Source: Chloroflexota bacterium (GTDB lineage: Bacteria > Chloroflexota > Dehalococcoidia > Lucifugimonadales > Lucifugimonadaceae). From it: DNA of 32,000 bases. Position 1 is the stretch's first letter. Every line of letters starts with the position of its first letter. Positions 7,362 to 15,075 of the stretch are shown here, one piece after another. The stretch is taken from assembly GCA_018650185.1 (NCBI GenBank), contig JABIGL010000187.1, positions 1,917-33,916 of the forward strand. Reading direction: 5' to 3'. The position numbers were made by a program, and so were the translations under genes. Under the pieces are notes generated by a model. The model ran no database searches and was not told the origin of the DNA. It was given only the letters and a program-made list of their open reading frames with translations.

Positions 7362-7835
7362 GTGACCGCATACGATGAACGAGACACCTTCGGTAGCTAT
7401 CTGGAAGAGTTTTCGGTTGGCGACACCTGGAAACACTGGCCGGGCAAGACCATCACCGAGGCGGACAATCACGTGCACAGCCTCCTCGTGATGAACCACC
7501 ACCCACTCCACATCGACGAGGAGTGGAATCGGGCGGGACAGCACGGGAAGATTCTCGTGAATGGGACGCTTGTGTTCTCCATCGTTGTCGGCATGACCGT
7601 CCGGGCACTGTCCGGAAAGGCGATCGCCAACCTTGAGTACGAGACCGTTAAGCATGACGGCCCGGTGCATATTGGCGACACGATTTACGCGTCGTCAGAG
7701 ATCTTGTCTATCACGCCGTCCCGATCAAAACCGGATCGCGGAGTCGTTTATGCCGAGACGCTCGCCCACAATCAGCGTGACGAGCAGATCCTGAGCCTCC
7801 GCCGGAAGTTCCTGGTGTTGAGGCGGCCGGCTTAA
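7362..7835 (+). CDS. MaoC-like (R)-specific enoyl-CoA hydratase / hotdog-fold dehydratase
   Basis: GKTITEADNHVHSLLVMNHHPLHIDEEW...LVNGTLVFSIVVGM resembles the MaoC dehydratase hotdog fold. GTG 7362 is preceded by AAGGAA. The longer ORF-track start at 7206 overlaps argG and is rejected. Confidence 0.7.
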   Translation: MTAYDERDTFGSYLEEFSVGDTWKHWPGKTITEADNHVHSLLVMNHHPLHIDEEWNRAGQHGKILVNGTLVFSIVVGMTVRALSGKAIANLEYETVKHDGPVHIGDTIYASSEILSITPSRSKPDRGVVYAETLAHNQRDEQILSLRRKFLVLRRPA

Positions 7836-7855
7836 CGGGCCTGGTTGTGAGACTG

Positions 7856-7890
7856 CCCGCCCTTCGAGAGCCTCAGGGTGGGTACTTCGC
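7856..7890 (-). repeat. Family B repeat copy B2 (reverse orientation)
   Basis: CCCGCCCTTCGAGAGCCTCAGGGTGGGTACTTCGC. The reverse complement carries the CTGAGGCTCTCGAAG core, flanked by complementary CCCGCCC / GGGTGGG arms. Confidence 0.8.
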
Positions 7891-7905
7891 AGGGGACGCT
7901 ATCCC

Positions 7906-8011
7906 CGCGTCATTCCCGAGAAATCGGGAATCCAGACACGGTTGTTGTGCCTTACTTTTGCGGAGGCGAAGCAGCGTTCGCTGGATTCCCACCTGCGTGG
8001 GAATGACGGGG
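7906..8011. repeat. Family D element: two inverted GTCATTCCC-N8-GGGAATCCAG hairpin units about 40 nt apart (MITE-like, 106 bp)
   Basis: CGCGTCATTCCCGAGAAATCGGGAATCCAGACACGG at 7906-7941 and its inverted partner CTGGATTCCCACCTGCGTGGGAATGACGGGG at 7981-8011. Each unit is itself a 7-bp hairpin. Confidence 0.7.
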
Positions 8012-8029
8012 TGAGAGTGCTGCCGTGCA

Positions 8030-8069
8030 CCCCCTCTCCGAGCGGGAGGAGGCTGCGGTGAGGGAGAAG
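8030..8069 (+). repeat. Family A repeat copy A3 (degenerate G-runs)
   Basis: CCCCCTCTCC-GAGC-GGGAGGAGG-CTGCGGTGAGGGAGAAG. The tail matches A2, but the hairpin has a mismatch and the G4 pattern is broken. Confidence 0.75.
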
Positions 8070-8138
8070 TTATATTTCGCACACACATTTATTTTTGCAT
8101 CCACACTTGCTTTGACGACCCTCGAAGATCTCGAAACC

Positions 8139-8160
8139 CATGCTGAGTTCGTCGAAGTAG
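8139..8160 (+). repeat. Family B-like degenerate copy B6
   Basis: CATGCTGAGTTCGTCGAAGTAG compared with B1 CATGCTGAGGCTCTCGAAGTAC. Confidence 0.45.
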
Positions 8161-8193
8161 GCAGGCTCTCACGCCACATCACTAAAGGCTCAC

Positions 8194-9723
8194 ATGACCA
8201 CCCATCCGAACGACCTAGACGCCCAATGGAACGCACTTGCACAGGACGCTACGGTCCTCAAGTACACGGCGTCTCGCACCCGACTCGCAGCTGATCCTGC
8301 TCGACCGCTGTATCACTTCTCGCCGCCCGAGAACTACATGAACGACCCCAACGGCCTTTGCCAGTGGGGTGGCAAGTATCACCTCTTCTACCAGTTCAGA
8401 CCGGACGGCATCGACAACGTCCACTGGGGTCACTCGGTGAGCGAAGACCTTGTCCACTGGCGTGATCTCCCGCTCGCGTTGTACCCGGACCAGGAGAACG
8501 ACTGTTTTAGTGGCCAGACATTGGTGGAAGACGACCGCGTGATCGCCACCTACCATGGCACCGGCGCGGGTAATGCCATCGCCACCGCGTCCGATCCCCT
8601 GCTCCTCAACTGGGAGAAGCACCCGTCCAATCCGGTCATCCCGATGGTGGACGTGGACGACGACGGCATGCCGTACCGGGTGTTCGACCCCTGCATCTGG
8701 AAGGAAGACGACGGGTACTACGCGCTGTCTGGAGTGTTCCGGGATGGCGAGCGGAGCGTCGATTGCAAAGGGGTCGACCACCTGTTCCGTTCCACAGACC
8801 TGGAGAGCTGGGACTACCTCGGACCACTACTGGAGAGCGACTACCGGACGGAGCCGGGCGAGGATTACGCCGTTCCCAACTTCTGGCCGATCGGCAACGG
8901 AAAGCACATGTTGCTGTTCTTCAGCCACAAGCGCGGCGGACAGTACTTTGTCGGCGATTACGACACGAACACGCACAAGTTCACGCCCGACTACCACGGT
9001 CGAATGAACTACGGTCCGCTCTCCCTCGGCAGTCTGCACGCGCCGTCGGCAACTATCGACGACGCAGGTCGCTACCTTTCCATCTTCAACGTGAAGGAGT
9101 CACGAGAGACCAGGGGTTGGGACAACGTAATGACCCTTCCCCGAGTCCTCTCGTTGGCGGACGATAACTCGTTGCGAATAGCGCCGGTTCCGGAACTGGA
9201 GTCGCTGCGTTTCGACCACCGGAGCGTGGGCGAGACCGCCATCCCGGCGAACGGCGATGTTGTCCTGGACGGTATCTCCGGTCAGGCCATCGAGATCGAA
9301 GCGGTGATCGATCCGGGTGAAGCGCGCGAAGTGGGCCTTAACGTCCTGCGTTCTCCTGACGCCAGCGAACTGACCCGTATCTCCTTTTTCCACCGTGGGA
9401 GCGCACGCTGGGGCACGCCGATGCTACAAATCGACGGAAGCCAGTCGTCCACCGGCGCAGACGTACAGGGGCGACCGCCGGAAACCGGCCCCCTGGACAT
9501 CCCGGACGGCGAGTTGCTACGTCTCCGCATCTTTATAGACCGGAGCATCGTCGAAGTGTTCGCAAACGACATCCAGTGCTTGACGCTGCGCTCCTATCCA
9601 GAGCGGTCCGACAGCACCGGTGTTTCGGTCTTCGCCAGAGGCAACGGTGCGACGCTGAAATCGCTGGACTGCTGGCAAATGCGAAGCGTATGGCCGGAGT
9701 TGAAGGACCGAGAAGGCCGGTAA
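8194..9723 (+). CDS. Glycoside hydrolase family 32-like protein (beta-fructofuranosidase/levanase fold) with atypical catalytic motifs
   Basis: YHFSPPENYMNDPNGLCQWGGKYHLFYQFRP...HWGHSVSEDLVHW...FSGQ matches the GH32 N-terminal propeller (WMNDPNG block). The C-terminal region is consistent with the beta-sandwich. RDP is FDP and EC is AV (see findings). Confidence 0.8.
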   Translation: MTTHPNDLDAQWNALAQDATVLKYTASRTRLAADPARPLYHFSPPENYMNDPNGLCQWGGKYHLFYQFRPDGIDNVHWGHSVSEDLVHWRDLPLALYPDQENDCFSGQTLVEDDRVIATYHGTGAGNAIATASDPLLLNWEKHPSNPVIPMVDVDDDGMPYRVFDPCIWKEDDGYYALSGVFRDGERSVDCKGVDHLFRSTDLESWDYLGPLLESDYRTEPGEDYAVPNFWPIGNGKHMLLFFSHKRGGQYFVGDYDTNTHKFTPDYHGRMNYGPLSLGSLHAPSATIDDAGRYLSIFNVKESRETRGWDNVMTLPRVLSLADDNSLRIAPVPELESLRFDHRSVGETAIPANGDVVLDGISGQAIEIEAVIDPGEAREVGLNVLRSPDASELTRISFFHRGSARWGTPMLQIDGSQSSTGADVQGRPPETGPLDIPDGELLRLRIFIDRSIVEVFANDIQCLTLRSYPERSDSTGVSVFARGNGATLKSLDCWQMRSVWPELKDREGR

Positions 9724-9761
9724 GCCGGACACCAGCGCCCCCTAGCGGAAGTTACTCGCAC

Positions 9762-11189
9762 CTACGGAAGCGGGTAGATGGCAAAACCCACGTAAGGATT
9801 CAGGCTGCCGTCGAGAAAGTCGGAGCCCAGTAGTCCGGACATCACACGGATATCTCCGGGACTCATCGCACCGCTAGCCGTCAGGTCCAGTTCTGCAACG
9901 AACTCATCGTTCAGGAATAGCTGGCCTTCCGAACCGTCGAAAACGAGCATCATGACGTTGGACGCGCCGACATTTCGGTTGTTGAGGACGGAACCACTGT
10001 TCAAATCGATTTCCGAACCAAGCGTTCCGGTTCGCACAAAGTGGCCCCAGTCGCCGGTGCCGTTGAAATGGACGGCGTGGAATGTCTCTTCACCCGACTG
10101 CCGGAACGTAATCCCGTGACTCCAGCGGCCGCCAGATATGTCCGGGTTGGTGAATTCGACCGTCACTATGGCTCTGTCCAGGCTCAGGCCGGACGAGAAG
10201 TCCGGTATCTGGCCGGATCTAGGATCCAATCGCAGATTGCCGTCGACCGGGCCGAACAGTGGAAGCAGACCGCTGACGTCCGGCAGTTCGGGGGCTGGTA
10301 CGGCTGTGGGAGGCGGGGTTGCCGTTGGGGCCGGTGTGTCGCCACGCAACGACGATGCCGTGAGTGCCACCCACTCGGTAGTCGAGAAGGTGTCCGCCAA
10401 CCCATCAAAGGTCACCGTGTTCTGGAACCGGTAGGCCACCGGCCCGATACCGGGCCGGTAGTACTCGTTCTCTGTAAACGAGAACGTGTCCTCGTTCGGG
10501 CAGACACGCAGGCCCAGTATCACTTCGCACTCGCTCTGGCTGTCCGCCCTTCCGACGAACTGCCAGGGACCGGAATTCACGCCGGGCCAATCGGCGATCT
10601 CGAATCCGGAAGACATACTGCCGGACTGAGCGGTCACAAGCTCACCACTTTTCATCCGCGTCGTGAAATAGCCGCTCCCGGCCCATTTGCCGGTCCCCGC
10701 ATCGAACAGCGTCGTCAATGAAGACCCGTTGGACACGACTAGCCGGTCCTCATCAGTGCCGAGGTAGTCCCAGCGCGGCGCGAACTCGCGATTTTCGCCC
10801 TCGACGCTCACCGCCGATTTGCCCGAAACGTTCAGCTCATACAACGACACGCCTTGAATCTTGCGTTCCGAGCCGAGCGTCACCTGGAAGACACCGTCGT
10901 CTTTGTCAGAACTGCACCGGAACTGGACGCATGCGCCGTCCACGTAGCTCCATCGGTACTCCCAGAAATCGCCTTCAGAAAGGCTCAGCGAGTAGCCGTC
11001 GAACTCCGGCCGTGGCGCGGTCGTAGCTTCGGGTGTGACTTGCGAAGCGGGGGTCACGCTCGCGGCCGAATTACCTCCGGGATCCGTCTCGGCGGTAGGC
11101 TCCGACGATCTGCCATCTCCGTTTGAACAGGCGACGATGAACGAAGCACTGGCGAGGGCCAGTAGCAGAAATATGGACCGGTTGATCAT
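9762..11189 (-). CDS. Secreted lipoprotein of unknown function (Pro/Thr linker, possible lectin/LamG-like C-terminal domain)
   Basis: Signal peptide with lipobox MINRSIFLLLALASASFIVAC|SNG. GGAGA RBS 7 nt upstream of the ATG. PT-rich linker DTPAPTATPPPTAVPAPELP. The C-terminal domain call is a weak impression only. Confidence 0.75.
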   Translation of the reverse strand: MINRSIFLLLALASASFIVACSNGDGRSSEPTAETDPGGNSAASVTPASQVTPEATTAPRPEFDGYSLSLSEGDFWEYRWSYVDGACVQFRCSSDKDDGVFQVTLGSERKIQGVSLYELNVSGKSAVSVEGENREFAPRWDYLGTDEDRLVVSNGSSLTTLFDAGTGKWAGSGYFTTRMKSGELVTAQSGSMSSGFEIADWPGVNSGPWQFVGRADSQSECEVILGLRVCPNEDTFSFTENEYYRPGIGPVAYRFQNTVTFDGLADTFSTTEWVALTASSLRGDTPAPTATPPPTAVPAPELPDVSGLLPLFGPVDGNLRLDPRSGQIPDFSSGLSLDRAIVTVEFTNPDISGGRWSHGITFRQSGEETFHAVHFNGTGDWGHFVRTGTLGSEIDLNSGSVLNNRNVGASNVMMLVFDGSEGQLFLNDEFVAELDLTASGAMSPGDIRVMSGLLGSDFLDGSLNPYVGFAIYPLP

Positions 11190-11334
11190 TGCGGAGTCTC
11201 CGGCGTCGATGGCGTAATCGAGTTCCCGGTACGACTAATGTTGCTCCCCGATCCTGTTCCCCGCATAGGAGAGGACACGGGGTTTTGATATCGTTTCCCC
11301 TAGCGATACACGGCCACAAGGTAAGGAGACCTCG

Positions 11335-12432
11335 TTGACCCAGCACACCTCGTTCCGCATTGCGGTGCTGCCCGGAGACGGAATCGGCATCGAAGTTATC
11401 GACGCCGCATTAGAGGTGTTGAACGCCGCTCAGGAAAAGGCCGGTGGGTACCGGCTGAACCTGGAGTCGCTACCGGCGGGCGCGGGCGAATACGTCACAA
11501 ACGGTGTTGCCCTACCCGAGGACACCCTGAAAGCGGCCGAGGAGTCCGACGCAATCCTGCTCGGAGCGATGGGGCTGCCCTCCGTGAGGTACCCGGACGG
11601 CACGGAGATCGCTCCGCAGCTCGACCTCAGATTCCACTTCAACCTGTACGCAGGCGTACGGCCCTCCATGACATTCGCAAACGGGCCGAGCGCACTTGTG
11701 GATCCACGGGGAGGCGATATCAATTTCGTGCTGATCCGGGAGAGCACCGAGGGTTTGTTTGCGTCGCGTGGCAAGGGCGTTGTGGTGGACGACCGCGAGG
11801 CGCGAGACACTCTTGTGATTACGCGGGACACCTCGGAACGTTTGTTTGACTTCTCCTTCGAACTTGCACGCCAGCGCAAGGCGCAGGGTCACCCCGGCCA
11901 CGTGACGCTGGTGGACAAGGCGAACGTGTTTACGTCTTTCGCTTTCTTCCGCGAGATATTCGACGAACGTGCGGCCAACTACCCGGATATCGGGTCGGAC
12001 CACTTGTACGTGGATGCCACGGCGCTGGACATGGTGCGTCGGCCGTGGGAGTTCGATGTGCTTGTCACCGAGAACATGTTCGGCGACATCCTGTCTGATC
12101 TGGCGGCCGGTCTCGTTGGTGGTATGGGCTTCGCGCCCTCGGCCGATATCGGCGACAACAACGCGGTGTTCCAACCTGCACACGGCACAGCGCCCGACAT
12201 CATGGGCACCGGCAAAGCGAACCCGGTGGCCTGCATTTTGTCGGCAGCGATGATGCTGGACTGGCTGGGAGCGAAGCATGACACCCCGGGCTGCTTACGA
12301 GCCGCACAGCTCATCAAGGACGCTGTAGCGATCACGATCTCGGAGAAGGGCATCAAGACGGCGGATGTAGGCGGATCTCACAGCACTTCAGACGTGGTGC
12401 GGGCCGTGGTGGACGCTATTGCGGAGGCTTAG
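11335..12432 (+). CDS. Isocitrate/isopropylmalate dehydrogenase family enzyme (3-isopropylmalate or tartrate/D-malate dehydrogenase-like)
   Basis: IAVLPGDGIGIEV, LIRESTEGLF and NMFGDILSDLAAGLVGGMGFAPSADIG motifs. TTG start with an AAGGAG RBS about 7 nt upstream. Confidence 0.85.
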   Translation: MTQHTSFRIAVLPGDGIGIEVIDAALEVLNAAQEKAGGYRLNLESLPAGAGEYVTNGVALPEDTLKAAEESDAILLGAMGLPSVRYPDGTEIAPQLDLRFHFNLYAGVRPSMTFANGPSALVDPRGGDINFVLIRESTEGLFASRGKGVVVDDREARDTLVITRDTSERLFDFSFELARQRKAQGHPGHVTLVDKANVFTSFAFFREIFDERAANYPDIGSDHLYVDATALDMVRRPWEFDVLVTENMFGDILSDLAAGLVGGMGFAPSADIGDNNAVFQPAHGTAPDIMGTGKANPVACILSAAMMLDWLGAKHDTPGCLRAAQLIKDAVAITISEKGIKTADVGGSHSTSDVVRAVVDAIAEA

Positions 12433-12490
12433 GGGTAGTTCTTGTGTACAGCCTGGGGCTCGCGTAGAACGTGGGGTTTCGCACACAAAC

Positions 12491-12547
12491 GTCTGGAGGG
12501 CCGATCACCATCGACCCTCGGGCGGATAGTCATTCGCGCCCACACGA
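12491..12547 (+). repeat. Family C repeat copy C1
   Basis: GTCTGGAGGGCCGATCACCATCGACCCTCGGGCGGATAGTCATTCGCGCCCACACGA. Shares an identical 23-nt core (12515-12537) with C2. Confidence 0.85.
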
Positions 12548-12558
12548 ACTCCACAAAT

Positions 12559-12586
12559 ACCCACCCTGAGGCTCTCGAAGGGTGAG
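12559..12586 (+). repeat. Family B repeat copy B3
   Basis: ACCCACCCTGAGGCTCTCGAAGGGTGAGT. Core at 12566-12580, flanked by near-complementary arms. Confidence 0.8.
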
Positions 12587-12601
12587 TTGAGCAGCAACGC
12601 A

Positions 12602-12642
12602 CCCTCTCTCCCCTACGCGGGAGAGGGCCAGGGGTGAGGGGG
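12602..12642 (+). repeat. Family A repeat copy A4 (hairpin plus G4 motif)
   Basis: CCCTCTCTCCCC-TACGC-GGGAGAGGG-CCAGGGGTGAGGGGG. Confidence 0.8.
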
Positions 12643-12677
12643 CGGTCGACGTAGTCGAGCCCGTCCAGCAAGAACGC

Positions 12678-13868
12678 CTACCCGAACAACCCCTCACGCT
12701 TGAACACATCAGCCAGGATCTCTATACCCTCGCCAATCTCTTCCGGCGAATTGTGGCTGTACGTAAGCCGCAGGAAATTGGCACAATCCCGTTCAGCTCG
12801 GAATACCGGGCCCGGGTTGTACTTCACATCCGCCTCCACCGCTGCCGGTAGCGCCGCCAACGTGTCGGCGCCCTCTGGCAACTCGACCCACAGCATCATG
12901 CCGCCGTCCGGCTTACTCCACGACGTATTTGACGGGAAGTGCCGATCCAGAGCGCCCAGCATGGCGTCCCGACTGTCCCGGAGCGATGACGCCACGTCGG
13001 TGATGTACTCCTCACGGTTGTCGGTGAGGTACTGGTACACGCCCATCGCCGCCAGGTGGCTTGGTGCACCGCCGAATCGAATCTTCTGGAGCGACTCTTT
13101 GACGGGATCAGGGACGACGCCGTAGCCAAGTCTCAGGCCACAGCCCATCAGCTTGGTGTAGGCGGAGACGTACATGACGCTGTCGGTGTCATCCATGCCT
13201 AGCATCGCCGGTGGGAGGGGATCGCCATCGATGCGAAAATCTGCGTACGACTCGTTTTCGAAGATCGGGACGCCGTGCTTCTGGGCGATTTCGACCATGT
13301 GGCGGCGTCTGTCGTAGCTCAGGGTCACGCCCATGGGGTTCTGGTAGACCGAGATCGTGTAGATCATCTTGGGCTTTGCGCCCTCTGCGATGGCTTCGCC
13401 GATCATCCGGTCAAGCGCGTCGGTGTCCATGCCGTTCTCATCTGTAGGGACGTGGCGCACGTCAGCGCCGCGCTCCAGTAGCATTTTTAGGGTGCCGAGG
13501 TAGCTAAACTCCTCGAGGAATACAACGTCGCCGGGGTCGATAAACACATCGAGAATTGCGCCGATCGCACCGCCCGCACCGCTACTCAGGAAGATGGATT
13601 CGGGGTTGGTGGGTGCGCCGCGCTGGGTGGCGAGGGTTCCGGCGATCAACTCCCGCATGCCGAGGTGGCCCTGCGGCGGCGGGTACTGGGAGAGGGTCGT
13701 GCCCTCATTCCGGATCACCTTGCTGAGTGACTCGATCAGGCCTTCTGTTGGGAAGACCCCTTTATCAGCGTAGGTGACCGAAAAGACATACTTCGTGTCA
13801 GCTTGAAGCCCAACCGGCATCTCGACCGGCAACGGCATATTTGAAGAGAACAGTCCTGAATAGTCCAT
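12678..13868 (-). CDS. PLP-dependent aminotransferase, class I/II (AspC/ARO8/LysN-like)
   Basis: YPPPQGHLGMRELIA...FLSSGAGGAIG...SAYTKLMGCGLRLGYGV (PLP Lys context) fits fold-type I aminotransferases. ATG 13868 has GAGGGGG 8 nt upstream. The ORF also extends to TTG 13889, which has no RBS. Confidence 0.8.
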   Translation of the reverse strand: MDYSGLFSSNMPLPVEMPVGLQADTKYVFSVTYADKGVFPTEGLIESLSKVIRNEGTTLSQYPPPQGHLGMRELIAGTLATQRGAPTNPESIFLSSGAGGAIGAILDVFIDPGDVVFLEEFSYLGTLKMLLERGADVRHVPTDENGMDTDALDRMIGEAIAEGAKPKMIYTISVYQNPMGVTLSYDRRRHMVEIAQKHGVPIFENESYADFRIDGDPLPPAMLGMDDTDSVMYVSAYTKLMGCGLRLGYGVVPDPVKESLQKIRFGGAPSHLAAMGVYQYLTDNREEYITDVASSLRDSRDAMLGALDRHFPSNTSWSKPDGGMMLWVELPEGADTLAALPAAVEADVKYNPGPVFRAERDCANFLRLTYSHNSPEEIGEGIEILADVFKREGLFG

Positions 13869-14142
13869 CAAATGAACCCCCTCGTCCAAGATCGACTCTA
13901 GACGTTGACGCTTGCGGTGCGTGGGTTGTGCACCACGCGAGTACGCCGGGGACAGTGTAGTGGGGTGGGAGTCAGGTAGGAGAGACCATAAACTTTGGTG
14001 TACGGTGTGTTCGATACGAAATATGAATCTGCAGGTTTGATCGAGTTCAGAAAAAATCCTCTCATCGAGTCACCACGATGCATCACTTGTTGGGCATGTA
14101 AACGCGTGTGATTCAGACATTTGAACGTTCTTAACCAAAGTT

Positions 14143-15075
14143 ATGTCGGCGCACCGTATGAGTATTCAGGTTAATTTGAGGGAGGAGGTTCTTGAACGAA
14201 TGAACATCGCGGGCATCGACGCCGAGTTCAACGGGACGGCTGAAGCCGTATTACGGGCCGCTACTTTGAAACGAAGATCTGAGGGAGCTGAACTGCTCAC
14301 TTTGAATCATCTCGTTCATGCACTCTCGCGTACCGATTACGTTGCGAGGCAATTAGAGATTACGGGGAGCACAGAAAGTCTCCAAGCACTTCTTGAAGCG
14401 GGTCCAACCGATCTAGACAAGCCGTCATGGGATTTGTTGGAGGCAGCAGCCGCCCAGAGTACGGGAACGGTGACCGTCGAAAATCTCTGGAAGCGTGTCC
14501 ATTACTTCTTTTCCAATTCCTCCAACAGAGCTTTTGTAGAGGCTGTACCGACGACCAGTGAGATCGCGGAAGCTGAAGAAAGGATCAGACAAGAAGAGAT
14601 TACGGTCTCACAACAACAAGCTATCGATGATGCACTTGGATTCGGTCCGGAAGAGATTCGGGATCCACGAGGTAGGGATACGGAAGTGGGGAACGGTCCA
14701 GAGGCGAATGTCAACGTCCGGCTTCGACTTTTGGCGACCGACGCAGAAGAAGCACAAGCCAACGAGTTGATTGACGATCTAGAGGACGGGATCAAGCGAC
14801 TGACTGATCTTGAACTTCCAGAGGAAGTTATAGGATTCTTCGAACGGGAAGCCTTACCGAAACTCAACGCTCTTAGGCACCTTCTTTGCGACGACGCCCC
14901 CAACCAAGTGGCCTTGCCCCTGATGGCCAGCAGCGCTCGAGAAGAAGGACAAGCGGTCCGCGGGGCATTCGATGCGACTTATGGTTTTTTCAAAAACCAC
15001 GGATCGCCAACCGCCGACCTCGCCCTCAAGGCAAAAGCTCTGTGGGAACTGATCAACTCGATCCCCAGTATCTGA
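14143..15075 (+). CDS. Orphan hypothetical protein, low-GC, N-terminal Clp_N-like double repeat, acidic helical C-terminal half
   Basis: Uninterrupted 933-nt ORF in a region where spot-counted lines are 45-52% GC. AEAVLRAATLKRRSEGAELLTLNHLVHALSR and WDLLEAAAAQSTGTVTVENLWKRV resemble the two Clp N-domain repeats. Alternative start ATG 14200 lies behind GAGGGAGGAGG (11-nt spacing). Confidence 0.6.
   Translation: MSAHRMSIQVNLREEVLERMNIAGIDAEFNGTAEAVLRAATLKRRSEGAELLTLNHLVHALSRTDYVARQLEITGSTESLQALLEAGPTDLDKPSWDLLEAAAAQSTGTVTVENLWKRVHYFFSNSSNRAFVEAVPTTSEIAEAEERIRQEEITVSQQQAIDDALGFGPEEIRDPRGRDTEVGNGPEANVNVRLRLLATDAEEAQANELIDDLEDGIKRLTDLELPEEVIGFFEREALPKLNALRHLLCDDAPNQVALPLMASSAREEGQAVRGAFDATYGFFKNHGSPTADLALKAKALWELINSIPSI

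Noticed and set aside
7873-8242. Small ORFs lying on the repeat clusters: 7873-8088(-), 7952-8242(-), 12429-12671(-), 21006-21224(-), 29267-29578(+).
   Set aside because: They are translations of the hairpin repeat families (for example PSRASGWV from family B and MTIRPR from family C). The same peptides would recur wherever the repeats occur, so they are treated as non-coding repeats.
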